From: Macrostomum hystrix
Taxonomy: Eukaryota; Animalia; Platyhelminthes
Assembly: GCA_950097015.1 (NCBI GenBank)
Contig: CATNEN010000025.1
Coordinates: 8,866,001-8,930,000 of the forward strand
Length of the DNA: 64,000 nucleotides
Direction: 5' to 3'
This document shows positions 10,907-21,850 of the stretch, one piece after another. Under the pieces are notes generated by a model. The model had not been told where the DNA came from. It saw only the letters and a program-made list of their open reading frames with translations, and ran no database searches. The position numbers and the translations under genes were made by a program. Within the stretch, counting starts at the first letter, position 1, and every line of letters starts with the position of its first letter.

Positions 10907-13900
10907 ATGACTACAAAGCTGAGCTCATTAATCGTTATTTCTCTGCTGCTGATCCGTAAGTGAAGTGGCTTGTTCGTTGAGGTTACATAATGATATTGAT
11001 TATTAATTATATTCGCTGATTAAAATTGCCCGTTGGGGCTACATGTGCAGCACAGCACAGCCGTAGCTATTGCGCGGCTCATCTGAAGGCAGCATGCAGC
11101 TGTTCAGTCCATGGACCGGGGCCACACCTACCCTCAATTACCAGCTAGTACCCGTTTTACAGCTGGGTGAACTGAAGCAATGCTGAGTGAGTTGTCCTGC
11201 TAGTGGACACGAATTGTTCCAGCGAAGGCGGAATCGAACCCCCGACCTTCAAGTCGATTAGCTTGAGAAAACCACTGGCTACAAACCCTGATTTCATATA
11301 ATTTTATTAAAATCTGTACTATTAATTATTTATTAAACATTGTCAGATACTGCCAGGTCTGCGGTTTGGCACTGCATACACAACGCACGCCGCGAAGACC
11401 CCGTCAAAATTGGAGACATCAACGCGATGATGGTGAGTAGTATGTTGCAAACGGCCTTTATCGACCAGAAGATAAGAAATCCTTAGATTAAAGGATACTT
11501 ATGTACTGAGTACGTAAGCGATGCCTTAAGAATAGCCAAGTAGGCGAGTTTTATTAGCACCCAGTTGTGTCAGATTTGCAGCCAATGACAATAGACTGCG
11601 CTTTCAAAGGCTGTGTGCCTGTACGTGGACTGAGGAGGCCGCGACTCCCCACAAAAATTTTTACCTAAGCTAATATGCTGGCACTAGTTATATAGATGGC
11701 TAAGTGTGAAGAAAATGCTATTTAAACGACTTGCTCAACCTCCAAGACACATTTAGCTTCTATTCGTGCGGTTCTATCCAGTCAGCTGCAAGGAGCCAGG
11801 ATAAAATAAAGCTGCGTCTGCTGTTTCAGGTGATGACGTATGTCCGAGGTGATCCGGGCTATAGGAAGAACCTGGAGTGCGGGTATCTTCTGAGCGTGAT
11901 CAACTATGACCAGCCCAGACAGATGTACATTGACGTGCCCGTGGTGGACTTTGACAACAATATTGACCCGTTTTGCAACAAAACCGACGTGTTCAGCTTC
12001 TGGCATAAGTACAACGAGAGTGAGTGGTTGGCTTAAGATAAAAGTTTCCTCTAAGTTTCCTCTCAACCCTCGACAATTCAACACTCCTATCAAGTAGAAA
12101 TCATTTATAGTAATTCAACTAAAACTCCGAGTCACAGTAATTTCGTCGGCTTTCGCCTAAAATTAAAATTTTAACGTAAAAGTACAAGCAGGCAATGTGT
12201 GACTTTTGATTAAGGAAAATGTGGTGCTTTCGTTTTGGCTTTACGAGTGTAATTTCGTAACTCTATAAATATTGCGAACATCTCTGTTTAATTATTATTG
12301 AGTATTCACAACAGCTGCTATCAGCCGACTGCACACATTTCAGCTGCTTGGCGGCGGGAGTCCTGGTGCAGTGAATCGTCCGTGTCACGCAGTTTCCGAT
12401 TCTTGCCGTTCAGGCAGCAAATAATCAACTTGTGGGACTCGTGAGTAGCACTGCAGCTTCTTACTGAGCTCTCTTATGAGAATGCGAGTTGAGACCCTGC
12501 TGCCTCACTTACCACTTCACTCTGCAGGTCGTACTACCTGACTGCGCAATTCCGGTCTGACAATGAGCAAGTCCGTTCCGATGCCAAGGGATTGCAGTTG
12601 GATGCGTGGGTGGTGCACCCAAAATTTTGCCACTTGAAAATGATGGATCTCGATAACTACTGCTACCTGGTCACTCCTGAGAATGTGTCGCTAGCTCAAT
12701 CCAATCAGGTTGGAAAACTCTTACTCGGCAACTTTTTCACTGTCCGAAACGCCTCTTCTGGCCGGGATATCTTAGACTTTCTGCGCAGATTCTCTGAGAG
12801 AAGTACGCATTTCTTTTTCGAATTTCTGATGAGGATATTTTTGCTCAATTGTGCTCAATCTTGTCACCTCTTTGCGCTTCCCTCAGACAAAGCCAGGAAA
12901 GACGAGTATCCTTACGAGTCGCCACTGGACCTGACTAATCTCAGACTGTGGACCGGCTACTTTGTGAACGAATACTCCTTCAGCGAGGAGGACCCGGTCA
13001 TGTTTTACTCAGATCCGATAGACGACTGCATTGTCAAGCAAGTGAAAGTGTGAGTGCTGCTTCTCTATCCTGATTCTAGTCTAAAGGATATTGTAAATAT
13101 CATATGGTTTAGAATGTCAATCATTCGATTTCAGGACTCGTGAGATTTTGACCGGCTGTAATAAAAACCCAGCGCCTGTAGCCCTTAATTGGCTTAGCAA
13201 CGGCAGCGTGCATTTTTCCTGTGTGCCAGGCAACGATTCGATGCCAGCTCTGATCCAGTTCAGCCAGATTCCTAAAACCAAGGGCGACCTGCACCCGCAG
13301 CTGTTCCGCACCTGCGACATCGCGCCGCCAACAACGACAACTACAGCGCCGCCAACAACGACTACGACTCCGGAACCAACGACAACTACAGCGCCGCCAA
13401 CAACGACTACGACTCCGGAACCAACGACAACTACAGCGCCGCCAACAGCGACCACGACTCCGGAACCAACGACAACTACAGCGCCGCCAACAACGACTAC
13501 GACTCCGGAACCAACGACAACTACAGCGCCGCCAACAACGACTACGACTCCGGAACCAACGACAACTACAGCGCCGCCAACAACGACTACGACTCCGGAA
13601 CCAACGACAACTACAGCGCCGCCAACAACGACTACGACTCCGGAACCAACGACAACTACAGCGCCGCCAACAATGACTACGACTCCGGAACCAACGACAA
13701 CTACAGCGCCGCCAACAACGACTACGACTCCGGAACCAACGACAACTACAGCGCCGCCAACAACGACTACGACTCCGGAACCAACGACAACTACAGCGCC
13801 GCCAACAACGACTACGACTCCGGAACCAACGACAACTACAGCGCCGCCAACAACGACTACGACTCCGGAACCAACGACAACTACAGCGCCGCCAACAACG

Positions 13901-15058
13901 ACTACGACTCCGGAACCAACGACAACTACAGCGCCGCCAACAACGACTACGACTCCGGAACCAACGACAACTACAGCGCCGCCAACAACGACTACGACTC
14001 CGGAACCAACGACAACTACAGCGCCGCCAACAACGACTACGACTCCGGAACCAACGACAACTACAGCGCCGCCAACAACGACTACGACTCCGGAACCAAC
14101 GAAAACTACAGCGCCGCAAACAACGACTACGACTCCGGAACCAACGACAACTACAGCGCCGCCAACAACGACTACGACTCCGGAACCAACGACAACTACA
14201 GCGCCGCCAACAACGACTACGACTCCGGAACCAACGACAACTACAGCGCCGCCAACAGCGACCACGACTCCGGAACCAACGACAACTACAGCGCCGCCAA
14301 CAACGACTACGACTCCGGAACCAACGACAACTACAGCGCCGCCAACAACGACTACGACTCCGGAACCAACGACAACTACAGCGCCGCCAACAACGACTAC
14401 GACTCCGGAACCAACGACAACTACAGCGCCGCCAACAACGACTACGACTCCGGAACCAACGACAACTACAGCGCCGCCAACAACGACTACGACTCCGGAA
14501 CCAACGACAACTACAGCGCCGCCAACAACGACTACGACTCCGGAACCAACGACAACTACAGCGCCGCCAACAACGACTACGACTCCGGAACCAACGACAA
14601 CTACAGCGCCGCCAACAACGACTACGACTCCGGAACCAACGACAACTACAGCGCCGCCAACAACGACTACGACTCCGGAACCAACGACAACTACAGCGCC
14701 GCCAACAACGACTACGACTCCGGAACCAACGACAACTACAGCGCCGCCAACAACGACTACGACTCCGGAACCAACGACAACTACAGCGCCGCCAACAACG
14801 ACTACGACTCCGGAACCAACGACAACTACAGCGCCGCCAACAACGACTACGACTCCGGAACCAACGACAACTACAGCGCCGCCAACAACGACTACGACTC
14901 CGGAACCAACGACAACTACAGCGCCGCCAACAACGACTACGACTCCGGAACCAACGACAACTACAGCGCCGCCACCAATCAGAGCAGTGCCGTCAGCGGC
15001 AATACTATCATTATTATTGATTTTGTTGTTGCCCTTGTTATCATCGTGGCTATTGTGA
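10907..15058 (+). CDS. Copy A: signal peptide-CUB-like-C-type-lectin-like-mucin stalk surface protein, 7 exons, ~927 aa
   Basis: Exons 10907-10955, 11347-11432, 11830-12019, 12344-12440, 12528-12802, 12887-13049, 13135-15058; all introns GT..AG with matching phases; 2784 nt with no internal stop. MTTKLSSLIVISLLLI is a signal peptide; WHC...GYRKNLECxY/W...WCS...LTAQFRSD...KGLQL is a CUB pattern; C..DNYCYLV...GNFFTVRN...LWTGY is CTL-like (weaker). Confidence 0.85.
11000..11288 (-). mobile_element. tRNA-derived CORE-type SINE in intron 1 of the receptor gene (also ~36800-37090 and ~62126-62417)
   Basis: Minus strand: A-box-like gtagccagtgg, B-box ggttcgattcc, then CORE-like gcttcagttcacccagctgtaaaacgggtac. 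Confidence 0.85.
13322..14974 (+). repeat. Coding VNTR: 36 x 45-bp units encoding APPTTTTTPEPTTTT (mucin stalk)
   Basis: 13346-14965 = 1620 bp = 36 units, preceded by one 24-bp partial unit. Confidence 0.98.
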
Positions 15059-15185
15059 TCGGTGTCGTTGTCTACTTTAGTCGTCAAAGAGGACAGCAGC
15101 CGCCATCAACTAATGGGGACTAGCCGCCACTGCGGGGTAATCAGAAGGAGAAAAAGGCCAGAAGCCGCTACTGGGGACGAACACT

Positions 15186-15620
15186 CGGGATTTCAAAAGC
15201 GATAGAAACGCTGTGGCTAAGAGTGTCGGCTTGACTGTGGACAATGTCGAAGGCACTTTCTGAAGTCTGTTTGGTGGGCGCTTTTACTCATAATTTTGCA
15301 TTGGCTAACAGCGTTGCTTAATTTTGTTTTGTTTATAAAGACAGAAATGTTTTTACGATCGCTTATTTCCGGTCTGCGAAGGAAGGAAAACCGGAATTGT
15401 CATTTTTCTGTTTTCATTTGAAATCTAAAATAATCTGTAATGCATGCTGAAGAAGCAGAAGTGCCCCATTGTCAGTCGACCTTTCGAACCCCCGCGCGTG
15501 CGCGTATCTAGCTTGTAATTGCGATCCCCGCGACCCAGTTCCTGTATTCCCATGTTTTACTTCTCTGTTTAGTAGTAATTGGTGATGGAGCTAATGATAT
15601 ATTGATAAGGTTCCGCAATT
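15186..15620 (+). repeat. 3'-flank segment of the receptor gene, duplicated elsewhere in each unit (4911-5395, 32631-33150, 40958-41392, 57957-58476)
   Basis: cgggatttc(a/t)aaagcgatagaaacgctgtgg...gataa(a)ggttcc(g/c)caattaa is shared at high identity; the distal copies carry an (aacaattaatt)n expansion. Confidence 0.92.
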
Positions 15621-15996
15621 AAATTTATATTTCCCGAACATAGAATCCTTTTCCCCGGATTCCTATGATTCGAAATCCCCCATCCCCGGATCATTAATTG
15701 GTTAACTTGACTTGCTACATATCGAATTAAAGTAAGGATGCGAGAGGAAGCAGTCTATCTATTTGTGTGGTTATTATTATCATTAGTTAGAGGTTAGGAT
15801 ATAATTCTCCATCCTCAATACCGTTTTCTGATTGTTAGTTGTTAGATTGTTTCGTAATTGATTGTAGTAATTTGTCTGCAGCAATATATTTGAAGCAATA
15901 CCTGTCTTTAATTTCACTATTCTAATTATACGTTCCTTAAATATTTGGGCTTAAGTTATTATTGTAGTGTCTGTTATTAATGCTTCTGATGACAGC

Positions 15997-16316
15997 TGTT
16001 GTATCTTAAATAACTGACGCAACGGAGATTCAGATTTGTTAGACTTAGAGTAATAAGGAAAACACGCCGATAGGCGGCACTCGGCAGGCAGACGAATAGG
16101 AGTGTGTATTTGATATATTATAGCAATAGCCGTACGATATACGCATGAGTGCAGAGGTCGGGGCTTTTATTTATAGGCCCAAAGGCGTGTGGAGAGAGCA
16201 TTCTAGAAAGTTACTAAAAATAGACTACACGGGAAAGTTCTGGAACCAGTGATGGACTTAACGCCTTACGACAAAGAATAGAAATTTCTGGAAAGTTCCC
16301 GGGAATTACCGCAACA
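15997..16316 (-). mobile_element. Solo LTR, 320 bp (also 41769-42088)
   Basis: TGTTG...CAACA inverted termini; flanks acagc/acagt (5-bp TSD with one mismatch); tataaataaaa on the minus strand at ~16170. Confidence 0.75.
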
Positions 16317-16699
16317 ACAGTCTCAACAGCAGCAGCGACCCTTTTGACCCTTTCGGCCAATCGGCAATTTATTGGCCGATTTATAATATTTGTGAAGTTA
16401 AAATAGGAGGCCGCATCAAGAAAAAGATGTAGCTAGTTTAACCTGTCCTCAGGTGACGGCAATTCTTTCGGACTGTTCTAGACCTAGTGCCACGGCCATA
16501 GTATTCGCTATACCATTATCTTAGTTCCTTTCGGCTTAGGCTCTATAGGTTCTTTAGGTTCTCAGTGCAGCTTTTTCGAAACAGTTGCAACTAGTTAGCT
16601 GATTTAAAAGTAATTAAGCTAGTCATTTTGATCAAATCAAAATGCAAAAGTACTGAGAACACGTCTAGTCCTTTATAAAGCTGAGCTGCGGAGCATGCT

Positions 16700-17030
16700 C
16701 CATTTTATCTAAGATTGCAATCTCTGCTTGAACAAACACATGGGCAACGTTGCGAACACGTTGTCGGGCCATTGTCATGTTCCTGTGCCGCATCGCCAAG
16801 ATCACCAAACTGAGCAGCGTCACTCTCAGGATGCTGTACAGGGCCTACGGTGAGAGTGCTCTCACCTACGGCGCCCCAATCTTGACTCTGATCTGCGTCA
16901 CCAACCAGATCAAGCTGCAAAAGATCTAAACCCTTGCTCTGCGCATCTGCTATGGTGTGCCTTCTTACCTGAGCACCGAATACCTTCACAAACTGGCCGA
17001 CATGCCAATGCTCTCAGCCAGAGAAAGCAG
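16700..17030 (+). mobile_element. LINE RT C-terminal remnant (I/Jockey-like; also ~42472-42802)
   Basis: TLRMLYRAYGESALTYGAPIL...KLQKI*TLALRICYGVPSYLSTEYLHKLADMPML resembles the post-RT region of LINEs. Confidence 0.7.
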
Positions 17031-17169
17031 CTCGGTGTGGCCTGCATGCATGCCTTTTTATTTCAATTTTTATTTCAATATTTCAATTTTTATTAGATCC
17101 CTTCTTTGTGCGGGATTTCCCCTGTATATTTCTGCCTATTTTATCTCCCAATGCGTGCCTAAATATAGC

Positions 17170-17500
17170 CTTGCAAATATTGAATATTTTTTTGTTTCAT
17201 TAAGGCTCAATATTCGCATAAAATAAGCCAAATCAAATCGAGTGTATATATATTATGAATTTCGATTAAATCCAATAATAGTCTGCGGCAGAGTTTTTCG
17301 AAACTGATCAGCAGCCCCAGTCAAATAGGGAATTCGTTTTAACAACAACCTATTATACCCTTGCCTCAACCATAACCCTAAACCTAAACCTAACCCTAAA
17401 CCAAACCGTAACCCTAAACCTAACCTTAATGTTGTGACTGATTGTGTGAGTACACTTGCCCTGTGAGTAAACCTAGCGTGAGTCACTTTATACACAAAAT
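17170..17500. repeat. Interspersed repeat with a degenerate telomere-like (CCTAAA/CCTAAC) core; copies ~4730-4910, 32345-32630, 42940-43243, 57671-57956
   Basis: Shared cagca(g/c)cccagtcaaatagggaattcg...cctaaacctaac...ttatacacaaaa. Family is unknown. Confidence 0.8.
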
Positions 17501-17512
17501 ACAAGATACTAA

Positions 17513-18728
17513 GGGTGCGTTCGAGTAGCTTAAAATAGCTTAAAATGATTTAAACTGCCTTAAAACGGTATTTTAGCGACAGCAGTAAAACAAAGTAATT
17601 TTTCAGAAAATTCAATAAAAAAGTCGCTGCACTTCAGTCAATCATGATTACAGCATCCTGGAATGCCTTTGTTTAATATTTTTATATTGAATTGTCAGTC
17701 TAAGCTTGTTTTCAATAATTTAGAATACTTAGTTATAAGAACAAATACGTTTTGAAAAAATTGTAAAAGTATCCTGAGGGAAAAACATTAGGTAAATAAA
17801 ATTCTTTTAACGTTAGAAATCCTTTTTTCTGTATGAAATCCCATTCTAAGTTTGTTTTCTTACAATAGAATTTTTTGCTCATGGGACGCGCGCGCTAGTT
17901 TAACTGAAATTACTGTAGACGTTTATTTAATTATATATCGTGTATCTGCATATCTGTATATTAGGAACCATTTCTTGCTCAACCAATTTAGCTTGTCTTT
18001 GAAATTTTGTTACATTTTACCTAGTTTGTTCCGATTGTTTTAAGTGACTCCTTTCTATTTGTTTCAGTGTATTCGAAGTATTTTTGTTTCATACTGTTAA
18101 TTTTAACTATCTGATATTGCCAATATCTTTTTTGTATACTTCTACATTAAATTGTAACATTTGTAAAAATTGTAGGAGTTGGAAAAATTATTGCGGATAA
18201 ATATATATACAAATTGTATATTTTGAGTTAAGTTAATAAAGAGACGTGAATTGCTAACCGCTTTGCTTTAAATTTCTGCCCCAAAAACAACGGGCAAAAA
18301 AGCTAGTAATTAAATAAACGGCATACAGTAATTTCAGTTAAACTAGCGCGCGCGTCCCATGAGCAAAAAATTCTATTGTAAGAAAACAAACTTAGAATGG
18401 GATTTCATACAGAAAAAAGGATTTCTAACGTTAAAAGATTTTTATTTACCTAATGTTTTTCCCTCAGGATACTTTTACAATTTTTTCTAAACGTATTTGT
18501 TCTTATAACTAAGTATTCTAAATTATTGAAAACAAGCTTAGACTGACAATTCAATATAAAAATATTAAACAAAGGCATTCCAGGATGCTGTAATCATGAT
18601 TGACTGAAGTGCAGCGACTTTTTTATTGAATTTTCTGAAAAATTACTTTGTTTTACTGCTGTCGCTAAAATACCGTTTTAAGGCAGTTTAAATCATTTTA
18701 AGCTATTTTAAGCTACTCGAACGCACCC
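17513..18728. mobile_element. PIF/Harbinger-type foldback MITE, 1216 bp (also 43256-44471)
   Basis: ~405-420-bp near-perfect TIRs starting GGGTGCGTTCGAG; TAA on both sides (17510-17512, 18729-18731). Confidence 0.92.
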
Positions 18729-19024
18729 TAAATTGTGTATTTAGTATCTCCGTAATTAACCCGTCCAGTTTAACTAATCTTTAGCGGTATTCTTTAATTA
18801 TTTGCGCGAATTCACTGAACAAGTTTCCAAGAAATTCGACTACTGCTTAATTCGACTTCTTTTTCTATTCCGGTATCACGCCGTATGCTACTATGGACTA
18901 TGCTACTGTAAATATTTACTGCTTTGCCTTTATCACTTATTAGACTGACGTAATATTTTATTCCTATGTTACAGTTCTTTTCATTATGACGTATTTAAAT
19001 GATGTGCTCTGTGGCTGCTATCTG

Positions 19025-19335
19025 CAATTAATAATTAATAATTGATTACACCTGCCCCAATTGGGTCAGATGTGCAGCCGACAGCACAGCCGCAGCTAAT
19101 GCGTGGTGCATCTGAAGGCTGCGTACAGCTGTTCAGTCCATGGACTGGGGGGACGCCACACCCACCTTCAATTATCCCAGCTGATGCTGGTACCCATTTA
19201 ACAGCTGGGTGAACTGAAGCAATGCAGAGTTAAGTGTCTTGCTAAAGGACACAAATTGTTTCAGGGGAGTCGGGAATCGAACCCCCGACCTTCAAGTCGT
19301 GAGTCCGACGCCCTAACCACTAGGCTACAACCTCT
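19025..19335 (-). mobile_element. tRNA-derived CORE-type SINE, better-preserved copy (also ~44767-45077)
   Basis: gtagcctagtggttagggcg...ggttcgattcccg head, tgtgtcctttagcaagacacttaactc...cccagctgttaaatgggtacc core, (aatt)-rich tail. Confidence 0.88.
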
Positions 19336-19787
19336 GTTCAATCTGCAATTAAAATAGGCCTACTTTGTCTATAGTCGGCTAGCTAGCTAACGATTAAATG
19401 CTGAACAGCGAATTATATAACTATTTGACAAGCTCCTATGATTTGGCATTGCAAGCATATATGGAGCTATGCAGTAAATAAAAAACAGGCTAGACCTATT
19501 TCAGTTCTTATTGATTGAACAAAACTTAAGAGTGATTTAGCAAGTTTAGCTTAATGATTGCATCTGAAATAAAAAAGCAGTTAGCTAGGCCAATAAACCA
19601 TAATGCCGCAACCACAAGCATATTCACTGGCCACTATAGATGGTATTTTTGTGTCATTGGGCTCTTTCTATATTATTATGTCATACTCAGTTTTAACTTC
19701 ATAAATTAAATTAGGCTATCATATTTATTACTTTTGTCCACAGATTTAGTACTGCTTCATAGACTAGCTAGGCCTATATTAATTATT

Positions 19788-20382
19788 GGCAATAGTGCAC
19801 TTTTGTTAGCAAAATTATATTTTTTTAAATTGAAATTTTAAAACCAGAAAACAATAACAACATAAATTGTGTCTTAAACAATTATAACAATTGTGGCAGA
19901 GCACAGTCTCTCTTTTTAGCTCCCTGGTTGCCGAACTTGCCAACTCGTCATTGTGTTCTAGTGGCAGATACAGAGCTTGTCACTGGGCACTGTAGTAGTG
20001 GCAAATCCAGAAAAGCATGTTTCCTAAAGCCCTGTTTGCTCTGAACAGTCGGCGCCACATAAACTTGTGGATGTGGCCCTCAAAGAGGGCATCGCTTGTT
20101 CCATGCATGGCCCTGAATTTGGCCTTGCAATGCGGCCTTAATTTGGCCTTACATTCCCTCGATTGTGTTGGTGAGTGTTGCTTAAACTTATGAGTTTATG
20201 TGGCACAAACAGCGACTAGTGTTACATTCCGTGGCTTGGTGACAAGTTCTGTGACCAGTGAGCTCTGGCACAGTTGCTAGAATCGTTTAAAACATCAATT
20301 TTTATCATTGTTATTGTTTTCTGGTTTTAAACTTTCAAATTTAAACGAAATATAATTTTGCAAACAAAAGTGCACTATTGCC
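19788..20382. mobile_element. Merlin-type MITE (also 45530-46125)
   Basis: TIRs of ~75 bp or more beginning GGCAATAGTGCAC; perfect 8-bp TSD TAATTATT. Confidence 0.8.
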
Positions 20383-20404
20383 TAATTATTTCTCTTTGTG
20401 CTAT

Positions 20405-21667
20405 CAGTGCTAGGCACTTCCGGTACTTTGTTACTTAGGAATTTACATTTTTCTTAAAGTGTTACTTTTTTAGTTACTTTTTTCAACTGCTTTGAACAGT
20501 ACTGGGTAATGGAGTAGCCACTGGGTCACTATTGGGTAATGGAGTAGCAATAACAGAGGCTTTTCTCTGTAGTCTGGTCCTCGGGTCCTCTTTTAATAGC
20601 CAAAAGCCATTAGAAACTGCTACAACACTGCTCTCCTAGCTAGTGCTGCAGTTGAGTGTGCATTCTCTGTAGCCAAGGATGTCCTATGTGGTAAACATGT
20701 GTCCTGAGCAATAGCATGCTCACAATGCTCACAAGGAATTCATTTATGCAGAATTCATTTATGCAGAATTCATTTATGCAAAATTCATTTATGCAGAATT
20801 TATGCAGATATAATTAAAAAATATTTTTTTTAAATAAAGTATTTTTACAGCAAATAAAAAAATTGTTAGAAATTTACAATTAATTTTACTTTTTACTTCT
20901 TAAACACAATTTAACTTCCCTATTTACAATCCCAGCTTCATTCCATTCCAGTCTAACTCTTGCCCATTGTCAGTTGCCCATTGTTGTTCATTGTCATGTC
21001 ACGACTCATGTCAATTCTCTTCCTCTACATCACTCTTCAACTCTTTTCAGTTGTCCATTTTCTAGTTTTCTCCGTCCTTCTATCCCTTCTCTCCATCCCT
21101 CTCCTTTCTCCTCTCCTTTCTCCATTCATCTCATTCATTCTTCTCACACCAAAAATTGAAAATGGAAAAGTTCCCAAAGGTTGCAAACCTGTTTGTTTAT
21201 GTTTTTGCATGTTTACTGTTTATGCATCAGTGGTCACACTGGCTATCAATCTATCATATCATAATGCATATTCTAATATTCTATTCATTCATATTCACAT
21301 ATTGTATTGAAATTGACAATAAAATAGCAACTGACATCCTATGCCGAGAATAATTTTTATAAGCTTATAATATTTCAACTAACCTGTCCTGTCTAACTGC
21401 TAGGCTGCAACTTTCACACCTAGCTTTTAGAAAATATTCGCTATTTGGTCCTGGCAAATTTTAAGTAATTTAAATAAATTGTTTTTAAATAATTTAAAAT
21501 CTGAAAATCCAAAAATCTGAAAAAATGACATTAGTAACAGAGTAACAGACTAAGTAACGGAAGTTACCTAAAAATCCAAAAGTACCAGTTACAAGTAACT
21601 AATGAAAAATCATTTTTGGAGAATTTTTAAACAAAAAGTACCCTAAAAGTAACATTGCCCAGCACTG
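20405..21667. mobile_element. Non-autonomous hAT-type element (also 46148-47409)
   Basis: Short TIR CAGTGCT(A/G)GGCA, subterminal gttactt repeats, 8-bp TSD tgtgctat/tatgctat (7/8); internal 15-bp tandem gaattcatttatgca. Confidence 0.8.
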
Positions 21668-21850
21668 TATGCTATATTTATGCCAGTTAGGCTTCTCCCT
21701 TTCCACTTTAGGGTAGCATTCATTAACAGTAGGCAATGTTATACATTGTTTTGCTCAATTATTTTTTAACCTGATTCGAACTCATGTGACCACATTAGTG
21801 TGTAGTATGATGTGGCAAGGGTCACACACATATGCTGATATAGCTTTTGC

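Noticed and set aside
12709-12886. Alternative intron starting at CAG|GTTGGA in receptor exon 5
   Set aside because: No downstream acceptor in the matching phase was found; read-through to the donor at 12803 keeps the frame and fits the lectin-like helix pattern.
13117-15087. 656-aa Val/Gly-rich and 332-aa Arg/Cys/Trp-rich minus-strand ORFs (and copies at 38934-40859)
   Set aside because: Antisense shadows of the 45-bp mucin repeat; the + frame is the one connected by splice sites to the upstream exons.
17370-17430. Possible true telomere or chromosome-fusion scar
   Set aside because: Short and degenerate, and embedded in a repeat present twice per unit.
19265-19335. tRNA-like sequence with A and B boxes
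   Set aside because: It is the head of a CORE-SINE, continues into the core and tail, and has no clean acceptor stem; the same applies to the other SINE copies.
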